Notes: a model not told the origin generated them from the sequence alone. Counted from the stretch's first letter, positions 45,356-53,932 are shown. The stretch: 62,216 nt of DNA from a virus (IMGVR_UViG_3300046357_000001:1-62216); one strand, 5' to 3'. Numbers and translations are program-made.

Positions 45356-48217
45356 TTATTTCTTTGCTAACCCGTATCGTCTGTGTGCGCCACCGTCAGC
45401 GTCGAGCGGAATGCCCTTCAAATACTTTGGCTCCATAGTCATCTGCGCCAAGACCCAAGTCTTAGCGTCATCCACCTCTGCATCAGGCACAACCACGATC
45501 TGTTCATCATGCACTGTTCCCGCCACGAAGTACTTCTTCGAGGTTCTCAACATACCATCCGTCATCACGCATCTCGCTACGCCCTGCGTGACGTTGTTGG
45601 TAATCTTTCCAGCGTACAGTTTAGTCTCATCTGCGCCGTATGTCCACTGCACCCTACCTTTTTCATCCTTGCCACGCTTCAAGTCCGGATACAGCAAGCT
45701 CATGCCAGAGGGCAGCACGATCTCGCCCTTCTTAAACGTCAGGCATTTGTATGTGTATTCCTTGCCACCGAACAAGCTAGTCTCGATGAGCTGGCCGCAC
45801 ATGCCCCAGAAGTCCACAACAGGCTGCGCAGTCTTACGGTACTTGTCGATAATCTTCTTGGCCGCTAGGCAGTGGATGAGCAACTCTGCCTTGGTACAGA
45901 TGTGCGGTATCTCATTCATCTTTTCAACGAAGTCTTCATTGTCCAAGAACTTCTCAACGTCTTCCGCCGTGACGCCCAGTGCCTTGGCGAACTTTCGCTC
46001 GTACCGTACAGGTGGCGCACCCAAGAAGCCCACGAGGAGTTGAGACGCAAATGATGCCCAACCTAACCCATACCCGCAGTTGTGCACAATCAATGGCCCT
46101 GCGTCCGTCCGAATGGTGTATCTGTTACGCGGCCCTGCATAAGCGATGTCGTAGGTCTGCATTCTCTGCTTCAAGGGTTGCGATGCGGGTGCGTAGTTCG
46201 ACAACTTCTCGTGCGGTGATTTTGCGCTTGTTGGACATATTGACGCTGCGGTTGACGAAGCGAAGGTTGCTTGGTTCATAACCTCGGTTGTTGTCTGTCC
46301 TATCCAGTTGAAGTTCTGGTTTGTCCCACCCCTCAAGCCCAACGAGGTAACGTAAGAATTCAACACGGTTCGCAACCCATTCTGGGTAAACCGTAATTCC
46401 ACGCCCCCCATAGTCGGGGTACACGGAACTGTTCGGGTTTGTGCATCTGACGATGATGGCGCTGATTCTGTCCAAAAGTCGAGCACGATGCTTTCGATCA
46501 GGGCAAACAGCGAAATATCCTTTTCGTTCCCATCGAGTTTCAACAGCCTTTCTTTTAGCGCAGGCATCGCAGCGCGTAGTACGCCCTGCAACAATGTTAT
46601 ATCTATCGACAAACCCCGACCACCCGCAGGAGCACTGCACAACAGGATGGAATCCACCAGTTGTCTTGCGATCCCAGCGGAGGCAGGTAAGCTCGCCGAT
46701 GACAGCGCCGATTTCAAAAGGGAACGGTTTGCTAGGGCCTCTGACCACTCCACCCACCCCCGTTCCGTCAGAATTTCGTGGCCCGAAGTCGCGCTTACCC
46801 CCAGTGCTGTCAGCACTTCCTTTTCGCCTTGCGGCACTAACCCCTGATGACATACCCACTCCTCTCCATCCCATACCATATCCGTAGCCTGTACCCGTGT
46901 TATAGGTATCCAACCGCGTCTAGTCAACACAGGCGTGTCGGGGCCGAAGCACCCAAGTAAAGCGGACTTCGCTGACTGCCGAAGGTCGGGGTGTGACTCT
47001 TTTGACAGGCCCGGGATGTTGAACATCTGAGCGCCGAACTGTGCGTAGGGGTCACCGCCCGCGACGAAGATGCGTAGGAGTTCGTCGTATTCTGCCAGCC
47101 ATGCGAGAACCCGAGGCTCGATCTGCGATAAGTCGCCGACGACCAACTGATAGCCTTTCGGAGCCATGATAGCTTTGCGGAGAAACGAACCACGTTTGAG
47201 GTTTTGCATGTTGATGGCCGAACCTTTGCTTGCAGTCCACCGTCCCGTCGCAGCACCATAGTACGAGAGTGGTACAGGAAGCGTGCCCCGTCCGGCGATG
47301 TCGAGGAACCGTTGTGCACGAGTCCTCTCCGTGGTGGATTTAACTGAGAGCCTTGCTTGGCATAGTGCTTGAACATCTTCGTTGTCTCCGTTCAACATGG
47401 CTTGGAACATCGCATCGGTTTTGGCAAACGCGAAGTTAACACCCGTCGGATGCGGTGTCTTGGCCGTGGGTTTCTTTTTCTTGGTAGGTGGCTCGATGCC
47501 CACTAAGCGCAACGTCTCAGCGAAGCGCACGTTACTGGCCAAGTCCCCACCCATCACCTCAAGGCGGGCAAGCAAGGCTTCACGCTTCTCCTTCTCATCA
47601 TGCAAGGCATCGACCAACATGTTTTGATCCAGTACCAGCACGGGACGCGTGTACATCTTCAACGTCATGTCGATGAGTCTCAGCTCCTTTGCTGGATAGG
47701 ATGCAGCCAGCCTTTTGAATATTTCTTCGCACAGAAACACATCATGTTGGCAGTACTCAGCGAGTTCTCTTTCGAGCGTGGCGTCCAACTCGTGAACTCC
47801 ATTAGTTGAATATACGGCCGTGCCTTTAGCCGGGAGGCCGAAGTCGGTTGCCAGTTTCGCGAGGGAATTACCAACTTCCACGCCTCGTAAAGCTCGGCCC
47901 ATTGATAAGGTGTCGAAGATGAAGCAGGGGTGGATCTTGTACTTCCATTCGAGGATGGCCACATCGAACTGTGCGTTATGCGCGAGGATGGCCGTGTTGT
48001 CCCAGTCGAATGTCTGAAGGACTCGAGGTAGTTCATCTCCTCGATACCACTGCACAATTCCGTCGCTTCCGTATACATGGAGGCAAGCTCCGAATACTTT
48101 GAATCTATCATGGCGTATGTACTCCTCGGTTGTCATCTTCGATAGGGTGTAACCGCTAGCGGTGTCCCAGTAGGTTTCGTAGTCGATTGTTACGATCTGT
48201 TTAAAAGGTGCACTCAT
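45356..48217 (-). CDS. Family A DNA polymerase with 3'-5' exonuclease, containing an intein
   Basis: IDYET, AHNAQFD, YCQHD, ATGRW, NMQN, motif A DLSQIEPR, motif B RQSAKSALLG|intein|CGYG, motif C TVHDE. Confidence 0.95.
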   Translation of the reverse strand: MSAPFKQIVTIDYETYWDTASGYTLSKMTTEEYIRHDRFKVFGACLHVYGSDGIVQWYRGDELPRVLQTFDWDNTAILAHNAQFDVAILEWKYKIHPCFIFDTLSMGRALRGVEVGNSLAKLATDFGLPAKGTAVYSTNGVHELDATLERELAEYCQHDVFLCEEIFKRLAASYPAKELRLIDMTLKMYTRPVLVLDQNMLVDALHDEKEKREALLARLEVMGGDLASNVRFAETLRLVGIEPPTKKKKPTAKTPHPTGVNFAFAKTDAMFQAMLNGDNEDVQALCQARLSVKSTTERTRAQRFLDIAGRGTLPVPLSYYGAATGRWTASKGSAINMQNLKRGSFLRKAIMAPKGYQLVVGDLSQIEPRVLAWLAEYDELLRIFVAGGDPYAQFGAQMFNIPGLSKESHPDLRQSAKSALLGCFGPDTPVLTRRGWIPITRVQATDMVWDGEEWVCHQGLVPQGEKEVLTALGVSATSGHEILTERGWVEWSEALANRSLLKSALSSASLPASAGIARQLVDSILLCSAPAGGRGLSIDITLLQGVLRAAMPALKERLLKLDGNEKDISLFALIESIVLDFWTESAPSSSDAQTRTVPCTPTMGGVELRFTQNGLRTVLNSYVTSLGLRGGTNQNFNWIGQTTTEVMNQATFASSTAASICPTSAKSPHEKLSNYAPASQPLKQRMQTYDIAYAGPRNRYTIRTDAGPLIVHNCGYGLGWASFASQLLVGFLGAPPVRYERKFAKALGVTAEDVEKFLDNEDFVEKMNEIPHICTKAELLIHCLAAKKIIDKYRKTAQPVVDFWGMCGQLIETSLFGGKEYTYKCLTFKKGEIVLPSGMSLLYPDLKRGKDEKGRVQWTYGADETKLYAGKITNNVTQGVARCVMTDGMLRTSKKYFVAGTVHDEQIVVVPDAEVDDAKTWVLAQMTMEPKYLKGIPLDADGGAHRRYGLAKK
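46079..46951 (-). mobile_element. Intein (291 aa) inserted in polymerase motif B
   Basis: Block A CFGPDTPV, block B ATSGHEI, block F TYDI, block G IVHN, +1 residue Cys. Confidence 0.95.
46125..46853 (-). CDS. HNH-like endonuclease overprinted in the +2 frame of the polymerase intein
   Basis: CSCG...CDAC, RCTNPN...YGGRGITV...W...LDRTDNNRGYEPSNLRFV...N..NKR. ATG 46853 is preceded by GGAGAGGAG; GTG 46748 is an alternative start. Confidence 0.88.
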   Translation of the reverse strand: MSSGVSAARRKGSADSTGGKRDFGPRNSDGTGVGGVVRGPSKPFPFEIGAVIGELTCLRWDRKTTGGFHPVVQCSCGWSGFVDRYNIVAGRTTRCDACAKRKAVETRWERKGYFAVCPDRKHRARLLDRISAIIVRCTNPNSSVYPDYGGRGITVYPEWVANRVEFLRYLVGLEGWDKPELQLDRTDNNRGYEPSNLRFVNRSVNMSNKRKITAREVVELRTRIATLEAENADLRHRLCRAA

Positions 48218-48410
48218 ATTCTTCCTCTAATACTGTCAAATGTTTTGGTTCATACCAGCTGCAAGTCTTTTCTTTTTTCTTTGAACACCCACAACTCAAG
48301 ACAAACTGGTGGGTACTTTGGGTCGGTGTTGTGCTTGATGCGCATGATGGTGCCGAACAAATCCTTGGGCAGGGGGCCAAAGGACTCGTGGGTGTAAACC
48401 AAGACGCCAA
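48201..48410 (-). CDS. Small Cys-containing hypothetical protein
   Basis: Fills the gap between co-oriented genes. Confidence 0.4.
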   Translation of the reverse strand: MASWFTPTSPLAPCPRICSAPSCASSTTPTQSTHQFVLSCGCSKKKEKTCSWYEPKHLTVLEEEYECTF

Positions 48411-48413
48411 CTT

Positions 48414-48707
48414 TCAATTCATCATCTCCTTGGGCGGTGCGTCCAGTGTGTTCATGTCCATGAAGAAGGCTTGCAACTTCCCCAGCGTAAGGGCGGCTTC
48501 CAGTTCGCTACAGTTAACCGTAACAAGCGTTGTCCCTTCTTCTTCGTCTTTACTCATCACGATCACAGCACGGCGGTCTGGTTCTACGTAGCAGTCAATG
48601 ATCTTGCCTACTAGCATACGCATGTGGTCTCGTTGCTCTTGGCTGAGCTTGTCAATCTTGAGCATGAACTCAAGTGACTCTTTTGTTTTGCCTAGTGTGT
48701 CGCGCAT
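48414..48707 (-). CDS. Hypothetical protein
   Basis: GGAG RBS before ATG 48707. Confidence 0.65.
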   Translation of the reverse strand: MRDTLGKTKESLEFMLKIDKLSQEQRDHMRMLVGKIIDCYVEPDRRAVIVMSKDEEEGTTLVTVNCSELEAALTLGKLQAFFMDMNTLDAPPKEMMN

Positions 48708-49003
48708 TTGTTCTTCTCCATAGTTAATAGTTCTTTGATGCTGTCCATGTTGTCTTCGTTGATAACGAACGCCCACCCATATGCCGCTTGGATACGCAAC
48801 AGCTCCCGCTCTTGCAGTGCTGTCGTCTTACCCTTGCCTGCCTTGCACTCGAACGCAACGAACTGCCCGTGGTAGCAACCAATGATGTCTGGTATACCTG
48901 CACGACCGAATCCGTTAGCAGGTGGCATGAAATGATAGACGCCCAAAGCATCAAGATGCTTACGCAGTCGGGCCTTAACTTTTGATTCAGGTGTTGCTGC
49001 CAT
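48692..49003 (-). CDS. VRR-NUC domain nuclease
   Basis: PESKV...GIPDI...AFECKAGKG...LQ. Confidence 0.85.
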   Translation of the reverse strand: MAATPESKVKARLRKHLDALGVYHFMPPANGFGRAGIPDIIGCYHGQFVAFECKAGKGKTTALQERELLRIQAAYGWAFVINEDNMDSIKELLTMEKNKCATH

Positions 49004-49391
49004 TTGTTTTCTCCAGTGCTATTAAGAACAACAGGCAACAGCCTGCATGTGCAAGGTGAGACAAGCCGGTCTCGGAATCGTTGAGCTCCCCCTTGCTATG
49101 TGCAACAAGGTGACGAAAGGCTGCGGCCATGTATCGTGTCTCAGCGTTCTCAACCTTCTTCCAGTTGTCACGCGCATATTTCTTAGCGCCGAACTCTAGC
49201 ACTTTGACGACTTCCTCTACGCCGTCCCACGGTAGCAATGTGTAGTCGAGCTTGCCGCTGTCGAACTTCATGCCTTTGGTTTCAATCGGATCGGCCAGTT
49301 CAATAACCGCTTTGGATGCGAGCGCCAACAGGTCACGATCTCTGCTGGTCATTTCAGGGAACATATGTATTTGATTTGATGTCGGTATCAT
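48987..49391 (-). CDS. dATP/dGTP diphosphohydrolase-like protein (DUF5664)
   Basis: KFDSGKLDYTLLP...FGAKKYARDNWKK...AAFRHL...DSETGLSHLAHAGCCLLFL. Confidence 0.85.
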   Translation of the reverse strand: MIPTSNQIHMFPEMTSRDRDLLALASKAVIELADPIETKGMKFDSGKLDYTLLPWDGVEEVVKVLEFGAKKYARDNWKKVENAETRYMAAAFRHLVAHSKGELNDSETGLSHLAHAGCCLLFLIALEKTNGSNT

Positions 49392-49395
49392 TTTT

Positions 49396-49560
49396 CTACT
49401 CCTTTGGTTGAATGGTTACTGTAACTTTCACTACGCCGTGGTCGGGGCTGTACCCCATAGCGTCTTTCTTCTTAGAGAGCAGCATGTACATCCCTGACGA
49501 AGTTCTTGCCAGTCTGCCTTTGTAGGTCACGGCATACATCTCTGTGCGTATGCGTTTCAT
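49396..49560 (-). CDS. Small hypothetical protein (54 aa, below ORF-track cutoff)
   Basis: MKRIRTEMYAV..., AAGGAG RBS, ATGA coupling. Confidence 0.5.
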   Translation of the reverse strand: MKRIRTEMYAVTYKGRLARTSSGMYMLLSKKKDAMGYSPDHGVVKVTVTIQPKE

Positions 49561-50030
49561 GCCGTCTCCTTTCTTACGATAGGGCGCATACGTTTAGCTC
49601 GGTACTCGTGCGTCACGATGTCCATCGCTTTCTCCATGTCGATGACGGTGGTGTTGTCGAGTTGGGCTTCATGAATTTCCATGACTAAGTTCATAGCCGT
49701 GAGTTCCGTTGCCTTCAACACGAAGCGTTTGCTAGTCACGCCCCGCTTACCTACGTCATGCAGTGCGTCAAGCCCTGCCCGAATCTCGTCGGCCCAATCC
49801 GCACCTAGCTCTGGACGCAAGCGCATATACGCCTCGGCCATGTTGAATGCCCCGATGAGCACGTCAATATCTGCAATGGTAGCGTCCCCCTTGCGCAACG
49901 TTTCCATCGCGCTGTGGTTTCGTATGCGTAGTGTGGTGCTGTATGGCACAGAGTTAAACGCCTTGATACCGGACAGTACCCAGTTGAGGGCATCAACCCG
50001 CACGCCCTTCGGCTTATACTTTTTTCTCAT
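49557..50030 (-). CDS. Hypothetical protein
   Basis: 157-aa ORF in the co-oriented gene run. Confidence 0.7.
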   Translation of the reverse strand: MRKKYKPKGVRVDALNWVLSGIKAFNSVPYSTTLRIRNHSAMETLRKGDATIADIDVLIGAFNMAEAYMRLRPELGADWADEIRAGLDALHDVGKRGVTSKRFVLKATELTAMNLVMEIHEAQLDNTTVIDMEKAMDIVTHEYRAKRMRPIVRKETA

Positions 50031-50097
50031 TTGATTTACTCATTGCTGTTATCTTTCGGTATGTAGAAGCCATTGCTCGTATGCCTGTTGTTGCTCA

Positions 50098-50793
50098 TCA
50101 TCCGTCAACCCATGTGCGTTGTTGTGGTGCGGTGTAGAGAGGAATCCAACCGTTTGTCATGTAAGTAGTGACAGGTGCTTGAAACCCGCTATAACCGTCA
50201 GGCCAATCAGGGTGCAACCACGCCACAGGCTTGTCGCACGTAGTGCTCCCCTGCTCTTGCTTTGGTTGATGGGCTTTTGTGTAGAGCACAGTCAAGTTTT
50301 TGGCTTTTGGATTGCTGTCAAAAAAGTGATAGACGTCTACGATCTTGTTTGTCCATGCGTCATTGGGAGTGCGTCCAAAATTTTCAGCAGTTAGTTTGTC
50401 TAATTCTTGTTCTGCAAGTTTCAAACAAACTTCGTGAATTTTTGCAGATGGCGGCGTGTTGAATGTGTTTTTGTATGTGCAGTCACACGCCCCTGCTGGA
50501 TACGCAGGCATATTGTGTACGGCGCAATCAGAGTCATGTGGGCAGCAACGCTTCACAGGCCCACCCAGTTGTTCGTTATCACTGCGCTGCTCATACAAAC
50601 CCAATCGCACATTCTCATCATGCAAGTCTTGTAGGTGTTGTTCTGCTAGTGCTTCTTCTAGGGCTTCGATGGCGTCGCGACATTGAACCACCTCATACAA
50701 CCCGCCTGAAATAGACGCCTCCATCACTTTTGGAGAATCATCTAAAACACCTTTCAACGCCTCAAGCGCCATCTTTAATGCTTCGTTGCTCAT
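50098..50793 (-). CDS. Mosaic hypothetical protein
   Basis: EALKMALEAL, HDSDCAVHNMPAYPAGACDC, PVAW...PLYTAP modules; GGGAG RBS. Confidence 0.6.
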   Translation of the reverse strand: MSNEALKMALEALKGVLDDSPKVMEASISGGLYEVVQCRDAIEALEEALAEQHLQDLHDENVRLGLYEQRSDNEQLGGPVKRCCPHDSDCAVHNMPAYPAGACDCTYKNTFNTPPSAKIHEVCLKLAEQELDKLTAENFGRTPNDAWTNKIVDVYHFFDSNPKAKNLTVLYTKAHQPKQEQGSTTCDKPVAWLHPDWPDGYSGFQAPVTTYMTNGWIPLYTAPQQRTWVDG

Positions 50794-50866
50794 TTTTCTG
50801 TCTCCCTCTGTGGAATGGTTGTTGTAATAAAGCGCACAGCAGTGTCGCCATCTTTGAGCAACACAG

Positions 50867-51085
50867 TTACTGTTGCGGCTTGCAAGTCACTGCCGTATAT
50901 CTGTCTTCTCCATCAAAGTTTTCAATGTGTTCTTGCAGTTCTACGATGCGGGCTGTTTGACGCTCCAGCATTGCGTCTTGGTTGGCAATTTCTTTTTTTA
51001 ACCGTTCATTTTCTTCACGCAATTGGCGCAACTGAAAAAGCAAATCATTTTCTCGGCTCCATGCGGCAATGGTCGGGTCAGTCAT
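50867..51085 (-). CDS. Small coiled-coil protein
   Basis: AGGAG RBS, ATGA coupling. Confidence 0.55.
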   Translation of the reverse strand: MTDPTIAAWSRENDLLFQLRQLREENERLKKEIANQDAMLERQTARIVELQEHIENFDGEDRYTAVTCKPQQ

Positions 51086-51390
51086 GTTTTATCTCCTATG
51101 CCGTGGGCGGCTTCGATGGCTCTGGCAAATGCTAAATCAAACTCATAGGTGGGCGGTGACTTGTTCCACTTCATGCGCTCACGGTCAAGAATCTGTGCAA
51201 TCTCATGGTATCTCAGAGGCTTGCGCTGTGTGTCATGCGATGTCTGGTCTAGCATCACAGTGCGTGCCAGTGCTTCGCACGTTGGGCATGGCTGTGCCAA
51301 AGCCAACATCTCTTGCACTTGGGTAGTAGAGGGCCACCAATCTGCATGGTATCCACAAAAGTCTCTTATTGCTTTTTCAGTTGGTGTCAT
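51082..51390 (-). CDS. Hypothetical protein
   Basis: CPTCEALAR...FARAIEAAHGI. Confidence 0.6.
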   Translation of the reverse strand: MTPTEKAIRDFCGYHADWWPSTTQVQEMLALAQPCPTCEALARTVMLDQTSHDTQRKPLRYHEIAQILDRERMKWNKSPPTYEFDLAFARAIEAAHGIGDKT

Positions 51391-51520
51391 TTACGCCACC
51401 CACCTTTCTTAACGCCAACAGCCACACCAAACCAAGCAATTTCAGCCCATAGCTTATCGCCACGGCCAATAGCAACTGTTGGTAGTAGAAACCAAACGTC
51501 TGCGTGAAATCTTGTGTAAA

Positions 51521-51889
51521 TCATTTCTTTTTCCCCTTTGGTGTTACGTTAGCTACCCCTGCCTTGCTGAACATGTGGAACTCAGTCACGGCCAATAGCT
51601 TTTTCTTCTTGGCTTCGAGGTCAGCACGCTTCTGCTCCACTGACGGCTCAGTTGGTGGGAATGTCGACATAGCCTTGATACCTTTTACGGTTGCGCGTGT
51701 CGCCGCTTTGATTCGCTTAGCGTTCTTCTCCCCGTTGACTCGTTGCACAGACTTGAGTCGCAGGTCGGTCATGAACTCGGGCATGTACGTTTTAATGTAG
51801 TCAGGGTGAAACGCGTTGATGGTTGGTGTTGGCATAAAGGCTTTCAGTACAAAACAATTTTGGATGGGGTCATAGGTAGACAGGCTCAT
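51521..51889 (-). CDS. Hypothetical protein
   Basis: AGGAG RBS, coupled to the upstream gene. Confidence 0.6.
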   Translation of the reverse strand: MSLSTYDPIQNCFVLKAFMPTPTINAFHPDYIKTYMPEFMTDLRLKSVQRVNGEKNAKRIKAATRATVKGIKAMSTFPPTEPSVEQKRADLEAKKKKLLAVTEFHMFSKAGVANVTPKGKKK

Positions 51890-52098
51890 ACGATGTCTCC
51901 TAGCGTTTCGTACAAGTCCCAGAACTCGTACTCGTCGGGGTGAATCAACGGGCGAGCAATCTCCACGAGTTTCGTTAACTGCGCAGCAGCTAACCCGCCT
52001 TGGTCGAAGCCTATCTCGTAGGCGTTGCTCATCACAGTGACCGTGTTCTCATCGCAGTTCGCACTGCGCAGTAGCCATACCATTTCGTTTTTAGTCAT
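51886..52098 (-). CDS. Hypothetical protein
   Basis: GGAG RBS, overlapping neighbours. Confidence 0.6.
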   Translation of the reverse strand: MTKNEMVWLLRSANCDENTVTVMSNAYEIGFDQGGLAAAQLTKLVEIARPLIHPDEYEFWDLYETLGDIV

Positions 52099-52219
52099 TC
52101 AAAATCTCCAACGCGCATAGAAACGCAAACAAAATACCCACGAGGGCGACAACACCCGTACAAAGTACGAGCACCAGTAGTGCAATGTTATGCACGCTCT
52201 CAGTTGTTACAAGCTCCAT
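52091..52219 (-). CDS. Small membrane protein
   Basis: MELVTTESVHNIALLVLVL..., hydrophobic; start inferred. Confidence 0.45.
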   Translation of the reverse strand: MELVTTESVHNIALLVLVLCTGVVALVGILFAFLCALEILND

Positions 52220-52404
52220 GCCGCACCCCCGCGATTGATACGTAGCTGAAACGACCACCCCCACACCAGCCCCCATGCAATGCAGATGCACCTGTCGATG
52301 TATCCCCAAGCCTCTGGGTCTTTGTTCCAGTTAGCTAGGCCGAACAATACGTACACAACAAGCATCATGATGGGGTACGCGATCAAGTCAATATAGTTTT
52401 TCAT
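52207..52404 (-). CDS. Small two-TM protein
   Basis: AAGGAG RBS, two hydrophobic segments. Confidence 0.55.
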   Translation of the reverse strand: MKNYIDLIAYPIMMLVVYVLFGLANWNKDPEAWGYIDRCICIAWGLVWGWSFQLRINRGGAAWSL

Positions 52405-52586
52405 GACGTCTCCTTAAAATTATCTACGGCGATACAGCCGCGCTCACGACAACCTTCGTCAAGGTCGGGCAAGAACGCATCTAGCGCGGTGTATAGCTTG
52501 TCCCGCAACATAGACGGCGCACCGTGATACAGCACGGCAATATTCATCAAGGTTTCCACCAGTGGTTTTGCTTGTTCGTATCTCAT
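52401..52586 (-). CDS. Hypothetical protein
   Basis: MRYEQAKPLVE... after GGAG. Confidence 0.5.
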   Translation of the reverse strand: MRYEQAKPLVETLMNIAVLYHGAPSMLRDKLYTALDAFLPDLDEGCRERGCIAVDNFKETS

Positions 52587-52777
52587 GCTGTTCTCCAAAA
52601 GTAAATTGCCAGTGCAACCCAACCGAACACGCCGATAGCAAAGAACACCTTGTCCTGCCAGCGTTGCTCGGGTGGATACCACCACTGTGCGTTTGCCACA
52701 TCATTGGGGAATGCTTCGTTCGTCGTGCGCGGGAAGCACCGTGCCGTAGGCCAGCCGTAGTTTTTATTTTGCATCAC
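52583..52777 (-). CDS. Small protein with C-terminal TM
   Basis: FPRTTNEAF motif and hydrophobic tail. Confidence 0.55.
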   Translation of the reverse strand: MMQNKNYGWPTARCFPRTTNEAFPNDVANAQWWYPPEQRWQDKVFFAIGVFGWVALAIYFWRTA

Positions 52778-53604
52778 AGTGCTCCAAAAAGTTTTTGTAG
52801 GTATGCGTGTACAGCCTTGGCTTGCATCAGCGTGAGTAGATCAACCGTATCTTCTGGCTTCCATACTTGGTGTTGTTTGAACGTACCCATGCTTGCCTTA
52901 TGCCCGTCCACATTCGTAGCCAGCGAACCAATGCCTGCCGTCGCTTGTGCCTTGGCTACATCCTCTTCGGTGCGGCGCTTGACGACAACGAACTTATGTG
53001 CGGCCAATCGTTCCTGTGCTTCTTTGTTTTTCGCAATTTGCGCAAGCTCCTTATCCCTGCGTACCTTAGCGATGTTGTACGGGACGAACTCTGGGGCCGT
53101 GGCCACCACCCCCATGCCGTTGCTATCCTTCGCAAGCAAACCCACCACGATCATCTGATACACGAGCGAGGACACTGTGCTTTCTTTGAACCCGTGTTTA
53201 GCTAGTGCCTTAACGATCTCTATCACTTTCAAATGCGGGTTGTCGCGCACATAGTTGAATGTTTCGCGTGTGGCATTGTTTGATATGCCGAATAAATGTT
53301 TCTTAGTTGTTTCCATTACTTCACCTTTGATTTGTTTTTGTTCATCTACATCCCACGCATTGAGCGTGCTTTCTAACTGTGCCTTCTTCTCGATGGCCGC
53401 GCGTAGTTGTTCACCTAGTGCTGCTTGCATTTGCTGCTCCTGTTGTACATGTGGGTTATATAAAGGTTTTTTGTTTAAAAGTTTGTCAACTTGCTCTGGC
53501 TTGAGGATGTCCGCTCGCCCTACCTGTTGAACATGCTGCTTCTTGCTTGCCTTCAATCGGGCTTTTTTGTTTGCCTTGCGTAGTGCTTGGCTAGTTCTTT
53601 CCAT
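52774..53604 (-). CDS. Hypothetical protein, possible winged-helix domain
   Basis: AGGAG RBS; TFNYVRDNP...GFKESTVSSLVYQM. Confidence 0.6.
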   Translation of the reverse strand: MERTSQALRKANKKARLKASKKQHVQQVGRADILKPEQVDKLLNKKPLYNPHVQQEQQMQAALGEQLRAAIEKKAQLESTLNAWDVDEQKQIKGEVMETTKKHLFGISNNATRETFNYVRDNPHLKVIEIVKALAKHGFKESTVSSLVYQMIVVGLLAKDSNGMGVVATAPEFVPYNIAKVRRDKELAQIAKNKEAQERLAAHKFVVVKRRTEEDVAKAQATAGIGSLATNVDGHKASMGTFKQHQVWKPEDTVDLLTLMQAKAVHAYLQKLFGAL

Positions 53605-53665
53605 GTGCTTCTCCTATCTTTAGTTTATTACATTGTCCACCATTAGACAGTGTTAGTGATTACTC

Positions 53666-53932
53666 TCATTGCACCTCCCCTTTTGTATAGACCTTGTTCA
53701 ATGTATTCGCAGGGTCGTACACCAGCTTAATCTCTCGGCGCTCCACCATGTAGTCGAGCGCGGCCATCATCGTCCATGAGTCCCCTGTGATAGTTCGCGT
53801 TACCTTCTCGAACGTATACGCCCCGCCTGTGAACAGCAGACGCGCTGAGTTGTCGCGTAGTTTCATCAACAGCTCAACACCGTCCTCGCTGAACAGTTCA
53901 GGCCGCACATCTTCATACTTGTAATTACTCAT
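53666..53932 (-). CDS. Hypothetical protein
   Basis: AAGGA RBS before ATG 53932. Confidence 0.6.
   Translation of the reverse strand: MSNYKYEDVRPELFSEDGVELLMKLRDNSARLLFTGGAYTFEKVTRTITGDSWTMMAALDYMVERREIKLVYDPANTLNKVYTKGEVQ

Noticed and set aside
46715-46735. CCCTTTT as a -1 slippery site into the nested HNH frame
   Set aside because: In the intein frame the codons are tcc ctt ttg, which does not fit the X XXY YYZ phase. Internal initiation is better supported.
42339-46951. Nested nucleases explained as sequencing frameshifts of ordinary in-frame intein HENs
   Set aside because: Both frames are stop-free for more than 600 nt in both inteins, and the nuclease frames overlap the splicing blocks. 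It would need paired compensating errors twice. Read-level confirmation is still advisable.
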